From a virus (lineage: Duplodnaviria > Caudoviricetes): a stretch of 24,957 nt of DNA. Below the pieces are notes generated by a model, which saw nothing but the letters and a program-made list of their open reading frames with translations, had not been told where the DNA came from and searched no databases. The position numbers and the translations under genes are program-made. The DNA is taken from positions 1-24,957 of IMG/VR virus record IMGVR_UViG_3300014775_000942. The stretch is one strand, 5' to 3'. Below, one piece after another: positions 8,010 to 16,520 of this stretch. How positions within the stretch are numbered: position 1 is the first letter of the stretch; each line of letters begins with the position of its first letter.

Positions 8010-8657
8010 ATGTTTCAACAACCGAATTTAATAGGACAACAAATGAATACAACTGCACCTTTGGCATTTTTGCCACCGTTGCAAAGAGCGAGAGCAAGTG
8101 GCCCTGTAGAAGAATACAAGTGTATGGCAATTAAACCAAAAAAACAATTGAAAGAATTAACTAAAGTATTGCTTCCCGAAAAAAAATCTTTTCTAAAGAT
8201 AAAATATGGATATAAGTTTAATCTAAAAGACCGTTGCGTAGTTTGCGGAACTCATCATATTTGGGATAGTGGAGATTATATGCGGCCTCCTATTCCCCTA
8301 TCTAATGTAAATAAAGGAAGACCTATGCGTGGAACTTATTGCCCTAAACATTCTGCTATTCATAGACAGATGGAAATGCTACAACAACAGATTTTGGCAG
8401 AACAACATGGTTTAGAATTTAAGGCATTTATTCCTAAAATACCAAAAATAACAAAGGCAGGGCCAATTACTACACTAACTAAAGAAGATGTTAGTAGTTT
8501 AGTTTCAGCCGGATGGCTTATTAAACCTCCCTCTTTAGCAGATAATAAGACGGCTACAAATGAAGCGATAGAAATTGTAGGTGAAATAAATATTTTAACA
8601 GAAAGATTAAATCACTTAATGATAAAGCAAGGTGTGAAAGTGGAAGGAGAGGAATAA
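8010..8657 (+). CDS. putative Zn-finger (C-x2-C-x31-C-x2-H) and coiled-coil protein
   Basis: CVVCGTHH…YCPKH, Pro-rich stretches and a C-terminal heptad helix. ATG 8010 is in frame with track ORF 8001. Confidence 0.65.
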   Translation: MFQQPNLIGQQMNTTAPLAFLPPLQRARASGPVEEYKCMAIKPKKQLKELTKVLLPEKKSFLKIKYGYKFNLKDRCVVCGTHHIWDSGDYMRPPIPLSNVNKGRPMRGTYCPKHSAIHRQMEMLQQQILAEQHGLEFKAFIPKIPKITKAGPITTLTKEDVSSLVSAGWLIKPPSLADNKTATNEAIEIVGEINILTERLNHLMIKQGVKVEGEE

Positions 8658-8658
8658 A

Positions 8659-9303
8659 GTGTTTGGAACAAGTAATGGCACAGTATTAACTGCGGTTCAG
8701 CAACAGGGCGACCAACAATTCAAAAGCATGAACAATTTGTTATCTTTACAAGATAACCATGTTGAAGAATTTTTTCAATATCATGGAGAAAAATTTCTAA
8801 CTAGTTTAGAAAAATTAATTGAAGATACTGTAGAAAGAGTAGTTAGCCAAATGTTAGTTAAATTACAATTGGTTCAAGATGATACTACTAAGACTATTAG
8901 AGTTCATCCGGATGCTCTAAGAGAATATGAAAGAATTACTCAAGAAAATATACAATTAGATATTATTAATCTACTAAATTCTGCTATTGATGTAGAGGTT
9001 ATTAATCAAAGAAAAATGGCTAAACAGCAATATCTTGAATCTCAAGGTTTTGGTGGAGTTCAACCAACAGCAGGAATGGCAATAGCGGGATTAACAGGAA
9101 ATACTCAACAGTATCAGCAAATGCAAGGTGCTATGAATAATGGAAGTGGCTATCCAATTCCTCCTAATGGAACTGACCCATATGGAAGACCGTATTGGAT
9201 TGACCCACAAACAGGACAAACTTCTTACGAACCTCCTAGTAGTGGTTTAGGATTAGGTAGTGCGATTCAAAAAGGTGCGGCTTGGGCAAAATGGTTAATG
9301 TGA
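8659..9303 (+). CDS. Gln-rich helical protein with a WW-like motif and a C-terminal amphipathic helix
   Basis: GTG start follows GGAGAGGA. Contains YPIPPNGTDPYGRPYWIDPQTGQTSYEPP and ends LGSAIQKGAAWAKWLM. Confidence 0.7.
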   Translation: MFGTSNGTVLTAVQQQGDQQFKSMNNLLSLQDNHVEEFFQYHGEKFLTSLEKLIEDTVERVVSQMLVKLQLVQDDTTKTIRVHPDALREYERITQENIQLDIINLLNSAIDVEVINQRKMAKQQYLESQGFGGVQPTAGMAIAGLTGNTQQYQQMQGAMNNGSGYPIPPNGTDPYGRPYWIDPQTGQTSYEPPSSGLGLGSAIQKGAAWAKWLM

Positions 9304-9313
9304 GGCGTTAAAG

Positions 9314-10636
9314 ATGCCTACACAAGTTATTGATATTGGCAAAATTAAAATATGGCCTACTGATTATCCCGATACTTTACTACAGGTAATATTAGGAAAA
9401 GAAAAGTTAGATATTGAAAATATGATTGCAAGGTCTTCTATTGATATGAAGATAGATTTTGATGTAGAAGTATTTAGTGATGAGGGTTTAGAAGAATTGG
9501 AAAAAATAAAAGATATGAATATTTTTACTCTTTTAGATAAAATGGGAGATGTTGGTAGGGATGCTTTAAAAGATATTAAAGATACTACGGCTTTTGAAAA
9601 GTATAAAAATTTTACACTGAAAGATATTCTTGAAGATGATTATAAAAGAAATAAATTAGTCGGCTACAATGTATTTGCTTATGAACAACAAGAAGATGAT
9701 TGGGTTCCCACTACTGTTTTAGGCACTCGACAATTAGAAAGTGGGCAAAGAATGAAAGGAGTTCCTGATTTAAATTGGGAGAACTTAAATTTAAAAATTG
9801 ATGAAACGGGAGTAAAGGTGGCTGATAAATCTAAAGATTTGTTTGATATTGTTAAAGATAATGCCATAGTAGATTTCATTATTCCCGATTTAGAAGAAAT
9901 TCAAATAGAGCATATGAAAAAGTATTATGACAATCTTGCAATAGTAGATACTAATAGAAAAACCAATACCTTATCTAAAAAAATTAAATTTAATAAAAAA
10001 AAGATGAAAGAAGAAATTCTTAAAACAATAGCAGGTAGTTTTAATCCTTCTATAATAGGAGATATAAAAATAAGAATAATTAAAGATAGTTTTTCTGATG
10101 ATACTATAGAAGCAACTTTAGAAGTTTCGCATACCGAGCGTAGAAGAATAGAAGTCGCTCCTTTTGGTGTAAAAGAATCTTTAGTGACTCAAAGAGTGAC
10201 AGAAGATGATTTTAGAGAATTATTAGATGAGAATAAAGGTAGCATACCTGTTAAAAATTCTATACAAGAACCTTTTACAATATTAGAAGAAGGTGAAAAA
10301 GTAAAATTAGATTTTTCTGAGAATATAACATTAGGAGATATTCAAAATTTAGACAATTATGTTGATGTATTATTTGGAAAAGAAACTATAGAAGGGGCAT
10401 ATGATGAAACAATACACGGTGATAGAGTTAAATATAGATTTATTATGAGAACTCTTAACCGACTAAAGGCAGAATATATGGGTAAATCGGGTGCAAAACC
10501 ATCTAGAACTACTCATCTTGAAGGATATAAAGTAAATAAAAAAATGGATGATATTCTTCAAGACATTGAAGAAAGATATGTGGAATTAGAAGATGATGTA
10601 GAAAATGCCGTTGATTTCTTGGAGGGAGATGATTAA
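9314..10636 (+). CDS. hypothetical acidic protein (440 aa)
   Basis: Long ORF with RBS GAGGCG, D/E/K/I-rich, no motif recognised. Confidence 0.75.
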   Translation: MPTQVIDIGKIKIWPTDYPDTLLQVILGKEKLDIENMIARSSIDMKIDFDVEVFSDEGLEELEKIKDMNIFTLLDKMGDVGRDALKDIKDTTAFEKYKNFTLKDILEDDYKRNKLVGYNVFAYEQQEDDWVPTTVLGTRQLESGQRMKGVPDLNWENLNLKIDETGVKVADKSKDLFDIVKDNAIVDFIIPDLEEIQIEHMKKYYDNLAIVDTNRKTNTLSKKIKFNKKKMKEEILKTIAGSFNPSIIGDIKIRIIKDSFSDDTIEATLEVSHTERRRIEVAPFGVKESLVTQRVTEDDFRELLDENKGSIPVKNSIQEPFTILEEGEKVKLDFSENITLGDIQNLDNYVDVLFGKETIEGAYDETIHGDRVKYRFIMRTLNRLKAEYMGKSGAKPSRTTHLEGYKVNKKMDDILQDIEERYVELEDDVENAVDFLEGDD

Positions 10637-11958
10637 TGCCAACCGTATTTTCCCCAAGCGACTACACTTCTATTAATCCGGACTATTCCGAAGGAAGAGG
10701 ATTCTATACAGATATAAGTGCCATTTCCGACCTTCTACAAATTCCTGCTTTTACTGCTTTAACTAATCCTACTAATGCTCAAGTTGGCTCAATTATTAAA
10801 AGAGTAGAAGGAATAATTGATGATAGTATAAAGCGTTCTTTTAGACCGATTAGACATGAGAAAGAGTTTCACGATTTTCATTTTGGTAGGCATCCTGCTG
10901 ATTCTTACTACGGTGGATATGTTGGTTTTGTTCAACTACAACATATGAAAGTTAGAAAAATTGTTAGCCTACAAGTTTGGCAAGGAAACTCTTACAAAGA
11001 AATTGCTTCTGCTCAAGCAAGTATTACAATAAACGAAGATAACTACGGTGATATTAACAGTATTATTTTATCACTTCCCGATGGAACTGCCTTTACTTTA
11101 GAATCAAGCACTAATGTAGGAGGCTCTTTATTAGATTCTAAATTTAATTCAAGATTTGGCTCCAAGACAACTGCAAAGGATATTATTTCTTTAGTAAATG
11201 AACAATTTCCTTCTAATACGGCAACTTTTACAGGAGCAGACAATAAGAAAAGTCTAACAGAAGATGGAGGAACTAACTTTAATGTTTCAGATTTTTTCTA
11301 TGCTTGTAGTGATTATGATAATGGTAGAAAAATAAACATTTCAAGTTTGTTAATGGGCGAAGATGGTTCAGATTGCACATTAAAGGTCACTACTCAACAA
11401 ACTATTTCTCACACTAATTTAAGCACTAATTTAGTTGTAGAAGATACGAGTAAGTTAGCAGTTGGAATGACTATTGCTGATTCTAATAGCCATATTCCTG
11501 CAAATACAACAATCACTGCAATAGTAGATTCTACTAATATTACTATCTCAAATGCCGCCACTAATACGGGGAGTTCAACAGGAACTTTTACTTCTACAGA
11601 TTCTATTCCTAATGTTTGTGAAATTGTTCCTTTTACAGATAAGCAAGATATGAAAAGAATTGGCAGTTTTTGGAAAATAGGAAATGAAGGAAGATTATTC
11701 TTTTTGAAAGACTTCCCATACCATACTAACAATTCTGTAATTGTTTCTTACATTGCGGGAGATGCAAGAGTTCCTTCGGCAATACACGAAGCGGCTACTA
11801 AATTAGTTGCATCTGAAATACTAAGACATGACGACCAAACTATTCTTATTGCTGAAACGGGTGCAAATATCACTACTAAAGAAAAGTATGATATTTTGAG
11901 AAAAGAGGCTATGGAAATAATAAATGGTAAGAAAGATATTGTCTATATTATCGAGTGA
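10636..11958 (+). CDS. head-tail adaptor (gp6/gp15-like) with inserted beta domains
   Basis: N-terminal YTDISAISDLL and C-terminal VSYIAG..RVPSAIHEAATKLVASEIL resemble adaptor helices. Position before the tail genes fits. RBS GGAGG, TAATG overlap. Confidence 0.65.
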   Translation: MPTVFSPSDYTSINPDYSEGRGFYTDISAISDLLQIPAFTALTNPTNAQVGSIIKRVEGIIDDSIKRSFRPIRHEKEFHDFHFGRHPADSYYGGYVGFVQLQHMKVRKIVSLQVWQGNSYKEIASAQASITINEDNYGDINSIILSLPDGTAFTLESSTNVGGSLLDSKFNSRFGSKTTAKDIISLVNEQFPSNTATFTGADNKKSLTEDGGTNFNVSDFFYACSDYDNGRKINISSLLMGEDGSDCTLKVTTQQTISHTNLSTNLVVEDTSKLAVGMTIADSNSHIPANTTITAIVDSTNITISNAATNTGSSTGTFTSTDSIPNVCEIVPFTDKQDMKRIGSFWKIGNEGRLFFLKDFPYHTNNSVIVSYIAGDARVPSAIHEAATKLVASEILRHDDQTILIAETGANITTKEKYDILRKEAMEIINGKKDIVYIIE

Positions 11959-11963
11959 TTATA

Positions 11964-12173
11964 ATGTTAGAAAATACCAAACAACTATTTGAAAAATATC
12001 TCGAAATAGAAAAAGAGAGAAATTTACAAATGCTTGAAGTTTCTCGCCTATTAGGAGTAGACTTTACTTTTTCAGAAGAAGAACTTTTGAAAAACGCAGA
12101 AGAACAATTGGCAAAACATATGGAAAAACAATTAACTGAAAAGGTAGAAAAAATGTTTAAGGGGATGAAATAA
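11964..12173 (+). CDS. small helical hypothetical protein (neck region)
   Basis: ATG 11964 follows GAGTGA. E/K/L-rich. TAATG overlap with the next gene. Confidence 0.6.
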   Translation: MLENTKQLFEKYLEIEKERNLQMLEVSRLLGVDFTFSEEELLKNAEEQLAKHMEKQLTEKVEKMFKGMK

Positions 12174-12682
12174 TGGATGAAGTTAGTTTGCTAATTGACC
12201 TCTTAGATAATAATTGGTCGAGTTCTGCCACCACTTTACAGAGTGCGGGAACTATTACATCAGACCATATTGGAAAACCTAACATTATTGATATTAGAAC
12301 TCTTGAAGCAAATAGGGGAACAAGATACGATTTATCTTTAAAAGATTTAATTGTAGTTTTTGAAGATAGTCAAAATATAGAATATCCTACGGTGCATTTT
12401 GATATTAGAAATGAATCTCATTCTTTTACAATACACATTCGCCATGTTCAAGATGAAAGAGCAGGAACCGATTCAGATTTTGGCAAAGATAGGCTAAGGG
12501 CTTTATACTTGATTACTCGTCATGTGCTTGAGGGGAAGCGAACAGGTTATACTGCATCGGATGGTTCTAAGTTTAATCAAATTTTTGTAGGCTCAAGAAA
12601 TGAATCCAATGACAGGAAAAAAAGAATTTATGGATACAAAATTAGCGTTGAAACAAAAAGATTCGCACTCTCAATCCCATAG
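12173..12682 (+). CDS. tail terminator / tail completion protein
   Basis: 169 aa alpha/beta protein directly before the tail tube. Call rests mainly on synteny. Confidence 0.5.
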   Translation: MDEVSLLIDLLDNNWSSSATTLQSAGTITSDHIGKPNIIDIRTLEANRGTRYDLSLKDLIVVFEDSQNIEYPTVHFDIRNESHSFTIHIRHVQDERAGTDSDFGKDRLRALYLITRHVLEGKRTGYTASDGSKFNQIFVGSRNESNDRKKRIYGYKISVETKRFALSIP

Positions 12683-12705
12683 TAAGTAAGTAAGGAGAGA
12701 GAAAA

Positions 12706-14334
12706 ATGCCAAACACAGATATATTTTTAGGAAGTGGAGCAACTTTAACATTAGTGCCGGAAACAGATTTGTATATTGAAATACAAACTTCGGGAAGTTC
12801 TACAACAGTTTTGAATACTCATGGAGATTTTCAAGGTAAATATAAAATGGTAAATAATTTGTATGTTGGTTGCATTTTAGATTTATATGCAACAGGAACT
12901 ACAACTCCTCTATCTTCACATACTATTTCAGAAAATGATGCAAGCACTATTACTATTTCTCCTGCTTGCAGAACACCTGTTTCGGGAGATTTTGTAGTAA
13001 TTAGAGGCTACGGTGCGCCTAATGTTGGTGGTGCTAATGGAGCAGTTAAAAGATTAAATGCTGATAATTGGATTGGTATTTTAGAAAGTGCTACCTTTCC
13101 TAATGTAGAAGTAGAAGTTAAGCAAACCAATCTTTCATTAGGCGGTTCTCGAAATTTTACTCACCAATACAAAGGAGTAGAAACTGCAAGTGGAGGAAAT
13201 TTGAATATTGTTGCTAATCATGGAACTTGGTTATATTATGCTTTAGGAAAATGCACCACTGTAGAGTTAAATGCTATCGCTACTAATCCGGTAGCAGATG
13301 GAACACAAGTTGTAGCAAATGCGGCAGGTGATGTATATATTGACACTAATGGCGGAGCAGGAGGGGCAGTAAGCACTTCTAATCATTTAGAACAGGGGCC
13401 AATTTTCTACAAGACTTCTTATTCTACAACAGGAACACAATCTACTACACTTACCCCTCCTCTTGTAAAATACTTAGATGATAGAACCGCTTGTTTAAAA
13501 TTAGATGTTCCTACTACTCCTGCTTCAATAACTAAAGATATTACATATACATTTGGTGAAGCAAATGGAGAGGAACTTCCTTCTTTTGCTTTAGAACAAT
13601 CCATTAGTAAATTAGTTAGTGGTTCTGAAAACTTAACAGATACTACAAGTGCCACTCCTTTAGAAGACCTAAACTTTGTAAGAATTGCAAGAGGAAATAG
13701 AGTTAATACCTTTACTATGACCGCTAATGAAAATGAAGAAGTAAAAATGACTCTTGATGTAATGACAAGAACTGTTCATAAATTAGAACAAAATGAAGCA
13801 TATGAATCTAGAGGCGGTGCAGGAACTACTAACACTGATTTGTTTAATTTTGAAACAGATGAGTTCTTGGAACCATTCTTTTTCTCAAGAGGTTCTTTTA
13901 GTTTATTCGGGCAACAATTCCTAAAGGTCACAAATATGTCCTTGACTATTAACAATAATCTACAAGAAAAGAGGTTCATTGGAGTAGGAAATAATTCTAT
14001 TCAAGAGGCCATTCCTGCAAATAGAGGATATGAATTATCATTTACTGCTTTAGTGACAGATGATTTACTCTTTGAAGAATTATTCAATAGAAACGAAAAT
14101 ACCGGAACTTCTGTAGTGACAAACGGAACAAATTTTGCCACTGATGCACAGATTGATTTACAATTTGACAAGGCAAATGGAGAAGAAATTAATATTTCTT
14201 TCAAAAATTATTTCTTAGAAAGTGCAAACTTTACAATACCCGAAGATAAGGGGCCAATCACTGTAGAAGCAATGGTAAGGCCAAAAGATTTACAGGCTTG
14301 CACAGTAAAAACACATTGGATTCTACAGGGGTGA
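12706..14334 (+). CDS. major tail tube protein with extra domains
   Basis: Tube-type strands PSFALEQ, GNRVNTFTMTANENEEVKMTLDV, VTNMSLTINNNL and RGYELSFT. Followed by the chaperone and tape measure genes. Confidence 0.75.
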   Translation: MPNTDIFLGSGATLTLVPETDLYIEIQTSGSSTTVLNTHGDFQGKYKMVNNLYVGCILDLYATGTTTPLSSHTISENDASTITISPACRTPVSGDFVVIRGYGAPNVGGANGAVKRLNADNWIGILESATFPNVEVEVKQTNLSLGGSRNFTHQYKGVETASGGNLNIVANHGTWLYYALGKCTTVELNAIATNPVADGTQVVANAAGDVYIDTNGGAGGAVSTSNHLEQGPIFYKTSYSTTGTQSTTLTPPLVKYLDDRTACLKLDVPTTPASITKDITYTFGEANGEELPSFALEQSISKLVSGSENLTDTTSATPLEDLNFVRIARGNRVNTFTMTANENEEVKMTLDVMTRTVHKLEQNEAYESRGGAGTTNTDLFNFETDEFLEPFFFSRGSFSLFGQQFLKVTNMSLTINNNLQEKRFIGVGNNSIQEAIPANRGYELSFTALVTDDLLFEELFNRNENTGTSVVTNGTNFATDAQIDLQFDKANGEEINISFKNYFLESANFTIPEDKGPITVEAMVRPKDLQACTVKTHWILQG

Positions 14335-14338
14335 TTCT

Positions 14339-14446
14339 TTGGATAAATATACTAAAAGAAGAATTATGGCTGAAAAACTAAAGGCTAAGAAAAGAGGCCG
14401 ACCAAAAAAAGAAGAGGTAGTTAAAGAAGAAGAAACTACTGAATAA
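14339..14446 (+). CDS. 35-aa AT-hook micro-protein (MDKYTKRRIMAEKLKAKKRGRPKKEEVVKEEETTE)
   Basis: TTG follows GGGGTGA (14328-14334), the ORF fills the gap after the tube gene, and it contains KKRGRPKK. Below the track's length cut-off. Confidence 0.6.
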   Translation: MDKYTKRRIMAEKLKAKKRGRPKKEEVVKEEETTE

Positions 14447-14448
14447 TT

Positions 14449-14487
14449 TTCCACCAACTGTTTGTTTGTTTGTTGGTAGGGGTGGAA
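14449..14487 (+). promoter_or_regulatory. hairpin with (GTTT)3 loop overlapping the chaperone RBS; possible terminator/attenuator
   Basis: TTCCACC (14449-55) pairs with GGTGGAA (14481-87), and ACCAAC (14453-58) pairs with GTTGGT (14472-77). Confidence 0.45.
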
Positions 14488-14491
14488 GAAA

Positions 14492-14860
14492 ATGATTGAT
14501 AAAAAAATAGTAAGTAATAAGAGTGTAATGTTTGCACTCGCAGAAGCAAAATGCCATTGGGTAAAAGTAGCACCGGATTCAGACGAATATCTGAAAGTGT
14601 GGATAAAAGACCCTACATGGTTAGAAGTAGAAAAAGCGGTTAATACATTATTAAAAATTGATGCTAAGAATCAAAACTTAGACATTGATATGAATAAAAT
14701 GTATCGCTACATGGTTGACAATTTTATTACAAAGACAGAACCATCTTTGTCAACTGTAGATTTAATTAAACTCACACCGTATATCGGTAATCAAATAAAA
14801 GAAATTTTACCTAATCCTTTCGAAATGTTAGCGGAGGATGAGGAAAAAAACGAAGGTTGA
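14492..14860 (+). CDS. tail assembly chaperone (lambda gpG-like)
   Basis: 122 aa between tube and tape measure genes, ending in a slippery site. Confidence 0.75.
   Translation: MIDKKIVSNKSVMFALAEAKCHWVKVAPDSDEYLKVWIKDPTWLEVEKAVNTLLKIDAKNQNLDIDMNKMYRYMVDNFITKTEPSLSTVDLIKLTPYIGNQIKEILPNPFEMLAEDEEKNEG
14845..14851 (+). other. programmed -1 ribosomal frameshift site A AAA AAC
   Basis: X XXY YYZ heptamer in the correct phase, 2 codons before TGA. The -1 frame continues into ORF 14857..15063. Confidence 0.8.
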
Positions 14861-15063
14861 GGCGAGCAATTAGAAGCGGTCAAGGCGACCCTTCTATAGC
14901 AAGCCTCATAATGGTTTATACATTAGCAAGAGCGTTGAAGATAAGCCCATTAGAAGTATATCAGATGCCGGCACAATTAGTAAAAGATATGTTAGCGATT
15001 CACGGATATGTAGAAGAGTTAAAAGCAGAAGAATTAGAGAAGCAGAGTAAGAAGAGGAAGTAG
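14857..15063 (+). CDS. frameshift extension of the tail chaperone (gpT-like)
   Basis: In the -1 frame of the upstream ORF. LARALKISPLEVYQMP resembles gpT-type helices. Confidence 0.7.
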   Translation: MRRAIRSGQGDPSIASLIMVYTLARALKISPLEVYQMPAQLVKDMLAIHGYVEELKAEELEKQSKKRK

Positions 15064-15064
15064 T

Positions 15065-16516
15065 ATGGCTACAATGGAAGAGTATATTAGTGGCTTAGAA
15101 AAGAGTGCTTCTAAAGTATCTGCTCTTGAACAAAAAATAAAAAGTTTAGAAAAAAGTTTAGCCTCACAACAAAAAAGCATGGAAAAGGGTGCTAAAGAGG
15201 TCACTAAGTATAGGGGTTTTCTATCTAAAGCGGGTGATGCAGTTGAAAATTTCATGAACTCGGAAAATTCCTTTGTTTCCTTTACTCGAAGAGTAGTATA
15301 TTCTTTAGGAGGATTTTCTGTTTTAAATAAGGTGAATGTTTGGCTTAGAGGAACAGGCAAAGTTTGGGATACTTTTGTTGGAGGGTTTATTAAAAAAGTT
15401 CCTCTTCTTTCAAAATCTATAGGCGAAGTCACTGAAAAAAAGGGCTTTATGGAAAGACTAAGCGGATATGGTGAATATTTAGCAGGAGCCACGACAGGAA
15501 AGGAAAGTCTCTTAAGATTAGGTGGGAAAAAAGTAAGAGAAAGAGGAGAAGCAAGGAGGGGAGCCATAAAAGGAATGTTCAGAAAGGCCGCAGGTAAAGA
15601 TACAAGTATGAACTTTGCAAACTTTTTTGAACAAATAGAAAATAATAATGATGTTTTAGTAAATCATAGTAGAAAAATGGCATGGTTAAGAAAAGGCGGA
15701 AATTTAATATTAAATGTGATTAAAATAGCAGGTAAGGTTTTACTAAAAGCATTCACATTTATGATAATGACTACTGTTTATATTATGGCTATTATTGCAA
15801 TTGCCACCACTGCATATACCTTCTTAAAAGGATTTGCTGATGGTTTTAAAGAACAATTTTCTCCAATAATAGAAGTCTTTAAACAAACAGTAGAAGTAGT
15901 ATGGAATGGAATAAAAGGAATATTTGGTTTTATATTTGGAGATACTTCATTTGAAGAAATGATTTTTGGGATATTTGATGCGGCATGGGCTTTAATTTCT
16001 TTTGCACTACAATTTACATGGACTTTACTTAAAGCATTAGTAGCGGGATTATGGTCGGGTCTTCAATCACTATACAAAAAAGCGGTAGATATATTCAAAG
16101 GACTTTCATTAAAAGGAAAAATCATAGCGATTGTAGTAGCAATCGGGGCAATAGTATTGTGGTTATATGGCCTTCCTGTAATTATGCCACTAATTATTTT
16201 AGGAGCATTATATTTATTTGGTAAATGGTTCCTCAAAAAATTCGATTTCTTGGCTACAGGAGGAACAGTAAATTCTCCTGTTCAGATAGTTGGAGAAAGG
16301 GGGCCGGAAATAGTTTCATTACCAAGAGGCTCAAAGGTGTTTAGCAATACCCAAAGTAGAAGAATGGTAGGAAATTCCGGAACTCAAATTAATAACTACA
16401 TCACAATAAATGCTAAAGATACTTCTGATATGGAAATGAGAAGAATCGCAGATAAGATTGCAGGAATGGTTAATAATAAGATTAATCGAACAACAAGTAG
16501 TAGAACAATGGGGTGA
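15065..16516 (+). CDS. tape measure protein (483 aa)
   Basis: N-terminal coiled coil, hydrophobic/amphipathic helices and the C-terminal FLATGGTV…IVGERGPEIV motif typical of TMPs. Follows the chaperone. Confidence 0.8.
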   Translation: MATMEEYISGLEKSASKVSALEQKIKSLEKSLASQQKSMEKGAKEVTKYRGFLSKAGDAVENFMNSENSFVSFTRRVVYSLGGFSVLNKVNVWLRGTGKVWDTFVGGFIKKVPLLSKSIGEVTEKKGFMERLSGYGEYLAGATTGKESLLRLGGKKVRERGEARRGAIKGMFRKAAGKDTSMNFANFFEQIENNNDVLVNHSRKMAWLRKGGNLILNVIKIAGKVLLKAFTFMIMTTVYIMAIIAIATTAYTFLKGFADGFKEQFSPIIEVFKQTVEVVWNGIKGIFGFIFGDTSFEEMIFGIFDAAWALISFALQFTWTLLKALVAGLWSGLQSLYKKAVDIFKGLSLKGKIIAIVVAIGAIVLWLYGLPVIMPLIILGALYLFGKWFLKKFDFLATGGTVNSPVQIVGERGPEIVSLPRGSKVFSNTQSRRMVGNSGTQINNYITINAKDTSDMEMRRIADKIAGMVNNKINRTTSSRTMG

Positions 16517-16520
16517 TTAA

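Noticed and set aside
122-11963. Track start codons at 122, 3049, 4211, 5927, 6707, 8001 and 11955
   Set aside because: Most overlap or precede the RBS. Downstream starts at 131, 3058, 4238, 5942, 6716, 8010 and 11964 fit RBS spacing or avoid gene overlap better.
14459-14477. (GTTT)n as a CRISPR repeat or phase-variable microsatellite
   Set aside because: Only about 3.5 units and no spacers. Better explained as a hairpin loop or U-rich tract.
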